In this document: positions 1 to 12,985 of the stretch, one piece after another
How the letters are laid out: the number at the start of each line of letters is the position of its first letter
Position numbering within the stretch: the first letter of the stretch is position 1
Origin: Trichosphaerium sp. ATCC 40318
Taxonomy: Eukaryota; Protista; Tubulinea
DNA: 64,000 nucleotides
Direction: 5' to 3'
NCBI GenBank assembly: GCA_038496445.1
Contig: JALMLS010000231.1
Span: forward strand, 62,001-126,000
Made by a program: the position numbers and the translations under genes
Notes under the pieces: generated by a model
The model's input: only the letters and a program-made list of their open reading frames with translations
The model's database searches: none
What the model was told of the DNA's origin: nothing

Positions 1-16
1 ATAGAAGATTTTTCTT

Positions 17-3000
17 TCAAAGCGCCATCAAGCTTCTCATCGAAAGCGCGCTACAGAAAAAACATATCAACACTAACATAAACCAAAAAAGTGTTCGGCT
101 ATTTTGTCGTACCTTTTGATCTTCAAGTACTGCTTCTTGACCTGCTTTTAACTTACTAATATCAGAACTACTTGGACGTGTTACAACTGTGTAATCCATT
201 GAATCCAACGCTTTTTGTAACTCGGCATTTTTGCTTCGCAATTGATTGACTAAAAATAGAATAAGTTCAATGACAAACACGTGGTTCAAAAAATCTAAAA
301 AAAAAGTGCAACAAAACCGTACCTTCTTCTGTTAGCTCGCTGTTTTCAACAACAGTAGTGTTAGATACTTCACCACTTGAATGCTCAATATTAATTACAG
401 GAACATCAATTTCTTCAGCTGGTGGTGATGGTAACGAGCGAGAAGATGGTCGAGAGCTTGAACGAGGTGGAAGAGCTAACTTATTATAGTTTTCTCTCTT
501 TGCTTGTAAAGCTTTCTTCAAAACATCTACCTGATCTCGCAACTCGGTAACACGTGTTTCATCCATAGTAAATGATCCTCTAGGTGAAGGAACACGAGAG
601 GATGGTCTAGACCTTTGCAGCTTGACTTTAATTTCGTTATTTTTCCAAGTCAATACTCCTTTCTCTTTTTGTAAAGCATTGACACGCTCTTGAAGTTCTT
701 CAATAATCTTTGACTCTTCACCGCGTTCAACCTTATCCTTATTCTCCTCAAGAATACGCTGACATTCCTTCTGAGCTTCTTCAACCTTTGTATTGGCTTC
801 TTCAATGGTGACAAGGTGTTTTTCAATTGTAGCTTTAGCTTCATCAAGTTTTTCTTCTAGTGACTTTTGTTGATCTTCAAAGTTTGCTTGAGCGACTCGT
901 AACTGCTCTATAACATTCTGCTTCTCCTCAAGATCTTTCTTAAGTTCATTGGTTGTTCCTTGCCCTTCAGCTTCAAGAGTTTTTATACGTTTTCTAAGCT
1001 CTTCAACAACGTCGCCATCTTTACCTTTAGAACGCTCTAGCTTTTCTTTCTCCTTTTGAACTGCAGAAAACTTCCACTGTAACTGTTGAAGTTTATCTTC
1101 AAGCTCCTGAGACATTTATCGTTAGTGCTTGCGACTTGCGAAGAGTATTTTTGCACAGATTTTTCAACAAAAAATCGCTACACCTTGTGGAAGTAATGAA
1201 CTTAAAATGCATATCCACGGGTGATAAACAGCAAAAATTTACATTGCGTGGCTTCTTGCTACGTACTTTTTTCTGTTGTTTTATATTACCAAGATCACGA
1301 CTCTCAATCTTGAGCTGTTTCAACATACGTCTAGTTTAAAAAAAGCAAATAAGTCAAACAAATCAAACAATAATAGATGTTTCAAATATCATTTTGCAAT
1401 GAATCCGTACCTTGCTTTAATACCTCTCCAAAGTGTCTGGGCCCATACAGTACCAGTACACAATTTTTTAAAATATGTACAATGTATCCAAGATCGAACA
1501 GAGCTTTGTAAAACAGTAGCATAATGATCTTTTTTCATTTTCCAAAACTTTCGCTTTGCAATCTCAGAACGCATAACTAAAGAGTTCTAATTTAGTATCA
1601 ATTTAAAAAACAAAATGTAGATAGCGTTATAATCGAAACATACTTGTTTGTACTTGTAGAACACGATAGGAATCAGTCAAATACTGACATCTACAATTCC
1701 ATGTTCTAACCAGTGATTGCAAACGTAGAGATGCATTTGCAGATCTGATACCAACGGCTTCTTTCTTTGCTTTAATCATGCGCCAGACTAAGACGAAAAT
1801 ATTAGATCATCTAATCGTATAGAAAAACACATATCTAAAAGAGTGGCTCATAGAAATAAAACAAGAAATTGTTGCAATAAAAAAAAGAATAAAATAGGAA
1901 ACGTACAAGATTGTATCTTAACAATAGCATTCCCTGTTTTCGTATACGCCTTCACTGCAATCATACGCTTAACATGCTTTTGTATAATAGTAGCACTCTC
2001 ATTAAGCTTTCTCCTCCTTCTTTCTTCTAACCCGGCAAGTATGCCAACCTTTAAGAAGATTTTGGTTATACCATATTGAATAGTCTTTTCATCTTGTTTT
2101 AATACAGCACAAAGACGCTCTGTAGCTTTCTTGTACTCTGTACCAGCACTGAATTTTCGTCTAGCAGGAAGGAGAAGGTTGTACCTGAACAACAGTTAAC
2201 AATACAGCTAGTTTAAGCCATTAAGCTAAGTACCTTTCCCAAAACTCTCTGTAAGGTCTCCTACTAGGAAATCCAGCTCTACAAATACGTATAGCTTCTA
2301 GAACACCGCCACAACGAAGCTAACAAATACATTAATGTTTGTTTGAAGAAGGTGTGTTTGTAAGATAGAACACCATGAAGTTGCAAGCGTACTTGTTGAA
2401 GGACCATTTCTTTCCAGAAAAGAGCTGGTTTTTTCTTCTCATTAGGTTTAATACAACGAACATAATGTGGTGATGTCATATTAATAGTTGCCATAAGACG
2501 TGTCAAAGAAGCCTAAAGGTTATCAACAACAAAAGCTACGATTCTAAAAGTTGAACATACCTTGAACTGGGTACCAATACTAACAAAGCTAGTACCAGAT
2601 TTACCCTTCTGTCTTCCTTTTCCTCTTGGTGTTCTCTTTTTAGCAGGCCTAATAAATGGTTAACGTATGATAGAACAGGAACAAAAGGGCTTGCATCACA
2701 AACGTACTTTTTACCTCTAGGCGAGGTTAGAGCTTTACTAATTGAAGCACGTGCTGTAAATACTTCATTTAAGAAAGGATTTGTAGTCTCGCTTATGGCT
2801 GTTAACTGCTCAGCAACTACAAAGTCTCTGTTCTTGTCCAAGAAACCAATAGAGCTATAAGTGATTTTTCCAGCATAATGAGTAACTGTAAAGTCATTCT
2901 CAGAGTAACGGCCCTTAGCAAAGTAAGGGTTCCTTGCATTATTATTTACAAGTTTCCTACACGTTTTTTAAGTATTAAATCAAAGAGTAAATATCCATAT

Positions 3001-5841
3001 TGTGCGTATCATTCAAGTTAAACATTGCGTTGACTTTTGGCCCAGAAAAACAAAAAATTGGGTGATATTTTGACCGCATGTTTTGTCTTGAATGATACCC
3101 GCAATAAAGACTGTGATGGAACAAAATCTTTCATTGTCTTAAAATAACTTTTGTTTTGACATACCTACAGAACTTTGTATCATCACTGTTAGGGAATTTA
3201 CATTCTTCATTTAATATTGATAAGATACCAAGCTTCTTCTCAATAAGATCCAAGCAAGGTTGATTATCTGGATACTTTACATTAGTTCAAACAAACCAAC
3301 CAAAAAATATAGAAAGTACTTGCCTTTAAACTCAATATACTTCCAATCAATTTTTTCTTTTTTATACTCTTCCTGTTCTGTCTTGAAGATATGCTATTTT
3401 AAAGTGTTAACAAACAATAGAAATAAATGCTGCTTATTTTTTCACGTGACATACTTGATTAAATTGTTGTTGAAGTTTCTCATTCGCCTAGGTGGAGTTT
3501 GTTAAAAAATAAACATTGAAGATTCAAAAAATCTAAAGGAAAACACTCACGTAATTGATACAGAATTGTTCAAAGCTATTTGTTTCAAATGATTCGAAAC
3601 CGTAGATATCCAATACACCAATAATCTTTTGCATCTTTGTAGGGTTATCAATAGAAGCATTAATACGTGTTACAAGCCTATTAATAGAGATTCCATTAGC
3701 ATACTTTTTTTGAGACAAGAACAAAAAAAAAGACAACTAACCAATCAAATAGCCTTGAATATATTGTCATAGCTAAGGAATCCCTTGCTTGTTCTGCACC
3801 TGATTGGGTACGTGGACTCTATAAATAGCGTATGTTAGAATAAAAGAAGAAAAACAACTAGTAACAATACGCACTTCATAAAGCTCTCCTCTGGCTTCTA
3901 TAGTCTTTATCAAGAAGGTTGTACAAATTAGATCAACATCAAGTCCTAGTAAAGCACAAGCAATTGCTAGGGAGTTATGACCCTACAAACAAAGAAATTA
4001 AACAAAGAAACAGTATCAACCATGCTAAGAACTTACCTCTTCTGTTATAATGGCACTATCATTTTCATCATCTTCACCAAATGTGACATTACCAATATGT
4101 AAAATACCTGATACAACACTACATCATTGTTTAGCATGAATCATAAAACAAATATATTGTAATGAAAACAACACGTACCTCCACACATTTTGCAGTTCTT
4201 CACCAGCCACGCCAATTGTAGCGAGTGCGGATTTAGTCTGAGCAAATATTTTTGCATCAGATACGCCTAACATTTTGTGAGACAACAAATGAAGGATGTA
4301 CTTAAAATCGGTCTATAACTAAAGCTCATCAACATGCTTACCAGCTACTTCAATACACCCGCTTTGATCAAGATATGAGTATTCTTCTGGATCTAATAAC
4401 TGTAGTGTATCTTTCTCTTCGTCTGTAGCACCAAAGAGGAGCTAAAAACAGAATTAATTTAGTGCTTCAAAAAAGGAAAAACTAAAATAATTCTCTAGAT
4501 CTACCTGATAAAAAATGTGGTAGTTACGCTCATCTTCAGCTTGGCGAACTATACGCGTTTTTTCGAGCAAATACGTTGATACATTAGCACCAACAATAAC
4601 ACCTTGCTTATCAAATTGAACTTCAATAAATTTACCAAAACGACTAGAATTATCGTTTCTTGTTGTCTTGGCATTTCCAAATGCCTAGTATGACGTGATT
4701 AGCGCTACCAACATAGTACAATATATGCAAGAAGGATTGTTGAAAAAATAAAGGTTACAGCGATCATGACTCAGCACAAAATGAAAGTGTCAAAAAATGA
4801 CATCAAAATGTCATTTTCTCGACATACGAAAAATACGTACTTCAAGGATGGGCGTACTGCCAAGAACCTTATTCTCTATGCTCATCTGACCTTCCTATAT
4901 ATATATTATGGATTGTACATTCCCTAGGTACACGTACTTCGTGATCTGGGTTCATGGCAGCGAAATATTGTAAAATCACCTACAAACATGTTAGGGCAAA
5001 AAACAGTGAAAAAAAAAAGTAGCTCTATTTGGTAATACCTTTGTTGTCTCAGTTTTACCAGCACCAGATTCGCCCGAAACAAGAATAGATTGGTTCCCTA
5101 GAATATATTTAATACCATTTAATAGCAACAGATTTATTACAACGCTCTAAAAGACAAAAGAAGAAAAATGATGGCGTGTCTAAAATAGAAATGATGGAAA
5201 GTACCGAAATTCATCATAGAGCGATAGGCTTGTTCTGCCAGCGCGTATACATGAGGATCTAACTTATCACGTTCTTGACCAACATACGCTTTTATCATCT
5301 GCTCGGAATAGATTGGTAATCGCTGGTAGGGATTTACCTAGTATGCGTAAGTTGTATGGGAAGTACAATGAGGGCTTTAATGTGAAGCTTCGCGAATTCG
5401 TAACACAAAAGAAGTCTCGTTAGTGTAGTTCGCGCAGGTATACTAGCGTGGTAACGTACAGCAATTAATATAGGCCCTGAGAAGGAGTAAATATTGTTAT
5501 GCTGGTATCGTAAGCCCAAGTTGTGTAGTACTGCGGGTTCATGCTAAAGGAGGTAAACGATTGTTACGAAACGTTAAACACGAACCAAAAGTGACAGAGT
5601 AGTCAAATCGTTTGCCCCTTCCAGTATCTTTGGGTTACGCATCCACACTTCATCGCTGGGGACTTCTTTCTCCTTACATAATGTCAGCATGCCAAAATAG
5701 TCAAAAACTGCTACGAACCTCTGTTTCGTCGACTACAACGACTGTAGTTTTATCTTTTATAGTCTTTACAACCGCAGACACATAAAATTCGTCTGGGTCA
5801 GTAATCCAGACTCGAGTGCCCGTCCCTATCTCAGTGGACAT
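17..5841 (-). CDS. Myosin heavy chain, class V/XI-like (SH3-like N-terminus, motor, ~6 IQ, coiled coil) with a C-terminal hydrophobic helix; multi-exon
   Basis: Spliced exons give [32 protein letters not shown] (P-loop), [10 protein letters not shown] (switch I), LDIYGFE (switch II), [10 protein letters not shown], repeated IQ-type motifs and a coiled coil (267-1115). The last exon ends [25 protein letters not shown]. Confidence 0.95.
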
Positions 5842-6059
5842 GGTGCTAGTTTGCTAGTATCTCTTTCGGTTATCTGTTTGTTTTTTCTATTTTCTAAAAA
5901 AGGCCATAATCAAGAGGCTACTGCAAACGTAGTTTGTCTGGAATTAGCGTATCCGGATTATACTGGCGGCTTTTTACGCAAAGTCAACAGAATTTCAAAA
6001 AATCCATTGGCACAGTATTGTACAATTTATTGCCATCAACACGCATTAGAGTTGCGCTT

Positions 6060-8540
6060 ATGTCCTCTCTAACGAGTGACGAGGTTAATTTGTTGGTGTT
6101 CCGTTACCTCAAAGAGTCTGGTACGCTACATCCTGCCCTACGCCTCTAATGTTGCCTTCTAAGGGTTTAATCATTCTTCATACACTTTTGGCCATGAATG
6201 TGGACTTCTCAACAATTTAACGCCGCCAATCGAACTAGAACGGGGCAAGTTAATCAGTCTAATACAAAAAGGTATGCTATACTCAGAGATCGAGGAAAGT
6301 GTCGAAAAAGTACGTGAATGGCGTCTGCAAACACGCTCGCGCTTAAACAAGGGTTCAAGAAATTTTTAGGGTAGCTTGAAGGTTGATGGCATGCATGTTG
6401 AGCCAAAACGCACGCCACTGCACAAGGAGAAAGCACATAGAAGCAAACCTCACAGTGGTGCGAAGTCAATTTCAAAAAATTCAGAAACATTGAGGCTAAA
6501 ACGAAGAATTGACGCCTTTGATTAGAACCTGTCGATACTATGGATATTGAAACTGATTCACCAGCAATAGTAGAGCCTGGTAATGTTGCTTTTTTGTCTG
6601 GACATAGTTCTGAGGTACGCTGAATGCATCCTGACATAAATTCCACCATTTTCTTTTATTAGCAGAAGAAACCTAATGAATACTCGATTTATAATTAATT
6701 GTATTAGGTACTCATGTGCTCTTGGAGTGCGGATGATAAATATCTCGCTTCTGGGTATGTTTATGTAGCGTAAAACACATTGATAAAGAATATATCTCGA
6801 TTATTTTTTAATGGTTGTTTTTAGCTCTGGTGACTCCACAGCGCGAATATGGAAGATACCTTCGGATTTATGTTCAAACCCTAAGTCTGCTGGTGTTGTA
6901 TCAAAGCAAGCTTTAGTACTTACTCATCCAAGTAAGCCTACAGCAGTCATCAAAAAAGTGACTACGCTGGACTGGAATGTACGTTTCTTTCCTTTTGAGC
7001 CAAGTCTTGTTTGTATGCTTCTATTGAGTCTAAATGATTCACTTTTGCGTTATAAACGCGGTTGATCACTAAATTAACATATTGTAGAGAGCAGGAACAC
7101 TATTAGCTACAGGAACATATGATGGAGTCGCTCGTGTTTTTGATCCTAATGGAGTTACACGCTGTACTCTTGTAAAGCATGCAAAGCCTATTTTTTCCCT
7201 TAAATGGAGTCCAACAGGTGAATACTTGCTTAGTGCTAGCGCAGATAAGGCAGCAATAGTATGGCAAATACCGTACGTGGTCGTTTGGCTTCAAACACTC
7301 ATGACTTGTTTGCATTGAATTTAATTTTTATCTTTTTTTGGGTGACACACTCGTTGTATCTTACTTTTATGTCTTATAGAAGCGGTAATATAAAGCAAAT
7401 ATTCAAGTTCCATGATGCACCAACATTAGATGTTGATTGGAGGTATACATTTTGTGATTTTTTCTCAACTCCAATGTGACACTCAAATTGCAGAAGTTCT
7501 CTCATTTAAAAACCTAAGTTGTTTCTTGTTAACAATGTGTTGTGTAGGGATTCGAACACATTTGCAAGTTGCTCTTCGGATAAATTAATATATATTTGCA
7601 AGTTAGGCATGGATGAGCCTCTTATGACTTTCAAAGGACACGAAGTAAGTCAATGACATCACATTCGTGTTCAAAAAAAAAAAAGAATTTGGTGTTAGAG
7701 TTCCAAGACTCTCAGAAAAACATCCCTCACCTTTTCTTGTAACTCCAAGTGATGCTAACATATTACCACTTCCAGAATGAAGTTAATGCTGTACGGTGGG
7801 ACCCACGTGGACGTATTCTGGCTTCGTGCTCTGATGATAAAACAGCGAAATTATGGCTAACTGACAGGTATAAAATCCCCTTTTGTTAGTTACCTGCATC
7901 TGATTACTTTACTTAGAAGCGAAGCTTTTGCAACACTACAGGATCATCAGAAGGAAATTTATACTATTCGTTGGAGTCCCGAACCTACTGATGGCGTACG
8001 AATATTGTTGCACTCACTGTTGTATTTTTTTCATTCTGTTGCATAACCTTGTCGTTTGTTTCCGAGTATCTAAATTTTTGTAAAGCTTTTGGCAAGTGCT
8101 TCATTCGACTCTACTGTTCGTCTATGGGATGTAGAAACTCATCAGTGTAGACATACACTTGTCCATGAAGGCACAAAGAATGGGTACAAGATTTACTTTT
8201 TTTTATTAGTATTCTCTGTTCATTTCTCATTACTGATACTTTACCTGTAGAAAAGGTGACCCAGTTTATTCCATATCATTCAGTCCCACAGGAGAGTATA
8301 TCGCTAGTGGCTCATTTTCAGGATGTTTGAATATTTGGTCTGTCAAGGTAGTGATTTTTTTTGTTTTTTTCGGGAATTCTCTTTTTTCTTTTTTTTGTTA
8401 ATGTCGCACAGACTGGTGAACGCGTAAAGACGTATCGTGGTAAAGGTGGTATTTTTGAAGTGTGCTGGAACCACAACGGTAATCAAGTCGCTGCATGTTT
8501 TATGAACAATATAATATCAGTTATTGATTGTAGAATGTAA
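6060..8540 (+). CDS. TBL1: TBL1/TBL1XR1-like LisH + WD40 corepressor subunit; multi-exon
   Basis: [21 protein letters not shown]|FNHSSYTF (LisH), followed by WD motifs [45 protein letters not shown] and GGIFEVCWN. Confidence 0.93.
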
Positions 8541-9116
8541 ATAAAAAGTATTGTATTTTAAAAAAGAATCTTGCCTCGATGCAGTAGCTAGTATGATATA
8601 TCTTTTATCCAAAACTTTATCTGACAGTATGCGCCCGCCATTTGTGGAATTGACTTAGATCGATAAAAAAGAATAGCCAGTCGTCCAATATTTGAGCTCG
8701 TTTGTTCATGTAAAAATGGTTGACAGAAAATGAGAAAGAACTTCTAAAAAACGAAGTTTCCATGCAGTGATTTTGATTGACCCAGCTGTGTCGCCATACA
8801 TTTTCAACAGTTTGTTCTCTGTCATCATATAACATCTCGCACATTGCAGCTATTATTGAAGCTTAACAGTATACCTTCAGCACCAATCGCAGGCAGTTTA
8901 TTTATAAAGCTGCCGTTAATCTGCTCTGATGTTAACAAAGAGTTGCATAAAACGCGAAACAGACTCGGTTTTTTTGGAGGTTTTGCAAACGAACTTCAAT
9001 TAAAAATCACGTGGTGCTGTAAAAAACAGTTTTGTTTTTTTATTGGAGTTGCAGCAATAACAATGAAAGGTTAACTACAAGGCTTGCTTCAGAGGAAAAA
9101 AAAGAAAAGAAAAGAT

Positions 9117-9814
9117 TCAGCGTTGTTTAGGTCTTCCATGCAGTACAACACGTGCAAGACGTAAATGTTTGGGAGTCAGTGTAACAGTTTTATCCACAAC
9201 GGTGAGGTTGTGCGCAACTTCGAAGAACTTGATGAGGTACGCTTCGGATGCTTCTTGTAAAGCTGCCATTGCTGATGCTTGAAAGGCACCTTGAAATCCT
9301 AGATCCTGAGCTATCTCACGAACTAATCTCTGGAAGGGAAGCTTTCTCATCTCAAGGTTTGTAGTTTTGACATATCGTCTGATCTCTCGGAGGGCAACTA
9401 ACAATTTTTTGAGATGGATGTTCCAGAAGGAGCGATAGAGGTACCTGAACCCGGTTTAAATCTAGCTTTAGGTATCTGGGACGTTTTTGTGACAGTTGAA
9501 GCCACTAAAGTCTTTGGAAACCCTTTGTTTGCGTCGTTTATATCCAAATTCGCTAATTTAGCGTTCAGAGTAAACCTATCGTCCTGCGGTTTGTTGTAGA
9601 GCGTTTTCAGTTCATCCTGGATTGTGACATGCACCAAATGGAAGGGACCGTTCTCAGGTGTAGCTATATCGTGTATATCATACTTGTCATCTATTAACAC
9701 ATGCTCAGGTGGGCAGTCAAACGCTTTTGTAATGTCATCAAGTTGTAGCGGCGTAGAAAACGTCAAACTAGTGCTATTAAAAGTTACAGTGTAATCACAC
9801 GTATTGCTTTCCAT
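9117..9814 (-). CDS. Divergent histone H3 variant with a ~120-aa non-histone N-terminal extension; one intron (9398-9444)
   Basis: A GT..AG intron joins the two track ORFs into KARFKPGS|VALREIRRY...[15 protein letters not shown]...[10 protein letters not shown], which is an H3 fold. There is no ARTKQTARKS tail. Confidence 0.88.
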
Positions 9815-10117
9815 GAATTGCGTTTAAAAAATAGCGCTAAAAAATTAAAAGTGACGACCCAGTATCGTCGCACAAGTGCTCCATATGCCATGCACGTTAA
9901 CGCAGCGAACACCGACTCAAGCTCGACGCGTATATGAAGGAGTGCTGTCATTATTGACTGCCAGAACGTTGCACGTTTGTTTACCTACGTGATGTATGGT
10001 AGGATTCAACACATTTGCAACTAGTCACTGCTTCCTTGAAGCGTAAAAAAAAACAGCAAAAAAAAAAGAGCGTCAAACCACTTCCAGTGGGACACAAGCC
10101 GCGATATAACAACCACC

Positions 10118-10315
10118 ATGTTTGAACGTTACTGGCGCTACCAAAACCATCCTGATGTACAACTTAAATTCAACCTCAAGACAGTTCTACCTGGATTTCG
10201 GTCAGCCCTTGCTGTATTTGTAGTGTACGTTACTGTCGAGAAGAGCTGGAACTATTTCTATCCAAAACACCACCACGGCCACGACCATCATCAGATAGAG
10301 CATGCCGGTCACTAA
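10118..10315 (+). CDS. NDUFB3: Complex I accessory subunit B12 (NDUFB3-like)
   Basis: WRY..LPGF..A..VF..YV..E pattern, one TM segment and a His-rich C-terminus. Confidence 0.75.
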   Translation: MFERYWRYQNHPDVQLKFNLKTVLPGFRSALAVFVVYVTVEKSWNYFYPKHHHGHDHHQIEHAGH

Positions 10316-10675
10316 TTTGTACCACCTGGACCCTAAATATTCAAAGTAACGCCAAATACGCGTATTCCTGAACTAATTGAGGGTAGAATTACCTTGATTG
10401 TCTTCATATAAACGCGCGAGGTAGATACTACGACTTGTACTGTTCTTTGTAAAAAAAAAAAATCATAAATTAAAAAGTACTCGAAAACACGCTATGTAAA
10501 GGTTAATTGGCGCTCTGCGTTACGAATGAAGCATCGCGACATTTTTCACACGAAAGAAAAAGGACAACCAGGCGAAAAAAAAAAAGTCTTTTAGGCAAAC
10601 AAAAATCATTGTGCAGTATCTCAAAGACCCGCAAAAAGCGCCATCAGAATAAAGAAATAAAAGGAATAACCACAG

Positions 10676-11524
10676 ATGGCAGAGGCAAACCCAGAACAAG
10701 TCCCAGAAACTAAACAGGAAGACACCCCAGTAGTAGAGGAGCAAAAAAACAAAGAAGCAGAAGGGCCAAAAGTTGTTAGAGTTGCTGGTGCAACACCACC
10801 AGTGCGCTACGTTGATAACGTAACAAGGCAATTAAAAGTGAACGAAGAAGTACAATTGAGTGGTCTAGGCATTGGTATGTTAACTTTGCCTTAAATTTAA
10901 TATGGCTACTCGTATGATGTGCTCCAAACCGCATTAATACCAAATTCGCCATTTTCACGCGGTTTCCTTGCACTCAAAGTTCAACACCGCCAAAAATTCC
11001 ATCAAACACGTCAATATCATACTTATACGCTCGTTTTAGCTGTAACAACCGTAGTCACCGCTGCTGAGATGCTTAAAAATCAAGGCGTGGCAGAGATTAA
11101 ATGTATCCTTCCAATTCGCTATTTAATAACGACATACGCTATTTATTTACCTTAACTACGCAGCAATAGAAACATCCATGGCACGAGTACACGAGAGAGC
11201 AGGTCAAAAACCAAAAATTGTCATTACTCTTGTAAAGTCTTCACGATTTGACGAGGTTTATGAAGTAAAACAAGCAATGGTGCGCAAACAACGCTTTTTG
11301 TCAAAAAAAAAAAATTGTTCTACTTTGTTTATATTACTCTACGCTATAGCGTGAGATAAGAACAAAAAGAAAAGCGGTTTTTTCTCAAACAAAGAATTTT
11401 GTTGTTGATTTCATCTACAAACTGCGTTTCTTACACCCTTCAGGCTGAGGAAAATAAGGAGATTAAGGACTTGTTGAAGGCAGGAAGAGATGCAATGCAA
11501 AAGAAAATTGCTACTCCAGAATAA
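10676..11524 (+). CDS. Alba-domain nucleic-acid-binding protein; 4 exons
   Basis: EEVQLSGLGI|AVTTVVTAAEMLKNQGVAEIK|SIETS...KPKIVITLVKS is an Alba signature. Confidence 0.88.
11103..11163 (+). other. U12-type (minor spliceosome) GT-AG intron
   Basis: 5' site GTATCCTT, branch point TTACCTTAAC 7 nt upstream of the intron end, and no pyrimidine tract. Removal restores the Alba frame (IK S IETS). Confidence 0.88.
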
Positions 11525-12049
11525 ACGAGATAAATATGGCTATAACGTTGGGATATAACAATAACCAACTACATCTCCAAAATTTGAAAGTTTTGAACCA
11601 CCACATGCGCTAGGAAGTCGCGTTGAAAACCAAAAAAAAAACGAAAATAAAAAATTCCTTTAAAACCCCATAAAAACCCACTACTACGCCGGCGTATCTT
11701 GAGGTTTTACATAGTAGTTGAAACTATGTTTTAGTTAAGAACCTCTCGGAGAGTTTGAACAAAAAGTAAAGTTTGACTGTAAAGTGGCCCTTCTTTAGTG
11801 CTACTGCATTGCGTGGTGTAACTTCATCAGTTGGTTTATGTTCTAGAGCGGTTTGCGTATAGTATTTTTGAAAGCTATCTAACAAGCAGGCAAAGATTTC
11901 CGTTTAATTTTAGGACAACACGCTGTTGAGATGTTGATGGATAATTGCTAACAATTGTTGTAATCATTTTAACCGCCTTTGTTGACTTTATATCCATTTG
12001 TACTCACTTAATCAACACGTGAAACAAACCGCATAAACAATCGTTAGAA

Positions 12050-12741
12050 ATGGATTTCTCAGACCTTGATAGCGAACTAGATGATTTTGACATCTCCGGA
12101 GGTCAATCCACACAAGTTAGACCAGGTAATAATTAAAGTCTTATCGGAATATGTTGTTTTTACTTATTTTCGAAGGTGGTACATGCTCTGGAGATGGTTT
12201 ATCAAAAGCAACTGTAGGACAAAAAGCAACAATAAAAATAATGCCTTACTCGCCTACAACAAAGTTTAAAAGCATTGGGGTTGTATTTAAAGGTAAAAGA
12301 AAGCAGTTTTAAAATTTACTTCATTTTTTTTAAATCGCACGTGTCTTTGCCGTTTTATAAAAGAAGAAAAAAACTCAATTCATCACCTACCTGGTGTTTT
12401 TGTTGGGTGCTTTTTGAAACAGACACTTGAAACTTTAGAGCTACTTTTGACGAAGCAATCGAGAGGACCCTTTCGCTGTTAAAACAACTATTTTATTTAT
12501 TTCTAAAACAACAGTTGTAAAGTGCTTTTCAAAATGTCAAAAGCTGTATATAATTGGCATGTTTTTTTAATTGTATTATGCAGGTCCACGTCAACCTAAA
12601 GCGAGGCTAGCGAAACTAGAGGAAACGGATTACTTTCTTGTTGAGTATACGCCAGATACGCCTGGGTTATATTTTGCGATTATAAGCGTTGCTGGTAAGC
12701 CTGTAGAAGGAAGTCCTTTCCAGATTCGTGTTTCAAAGTAG
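12050..12741 (+). CDS. Small protein with a single filamin-type Ig repeat and an acidic LD-like N-terminus; 3 exons (absent from the ORF track)
   Basis: Exons splice in frame: MDFSDLDSELDDFDI...|GTCSGDGLSKATVGQKATIKI...VVFK|GPRQPK...FLVEYTPDTPGLYFAIISVAGKPVEGSPFQIRVSK*. Confidence 0.8.
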
Positions 12742-12985
12742 AACTCACCAAAAAACAAACAACAAACCAAGATCTTGTCTTCTTCAAAGTATGAAATTAA
12801 AAAAAACAACCAAGTTTTTTGAGCTCAAAACAGTCTATCACTTGTACTTTGAATGTAAAATTGTAACTTTATGTACAACTGGCTGTATGTTTTATTCAAA
12901 AAACAGTTTTAATTTATGTCATATGTTATTATAAAAGTACTAGGATGTAGTTTTGTCCACAGTAAAGTCACTTATTTCTCAGTTA

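Noticed and set aside
9117-9404. CenH3/CENP-A assignment
   Set aside because: Loop 1 is not extended and the Q68/F84 equivalents are retained. Not excluded, but unsupported.
9398-9444. Apparent programmed frameshift or split between the two H3-region ORFs
   Set aside because: A 47-nt GT..AG intron joins them and restores [13 protein letters not shown].
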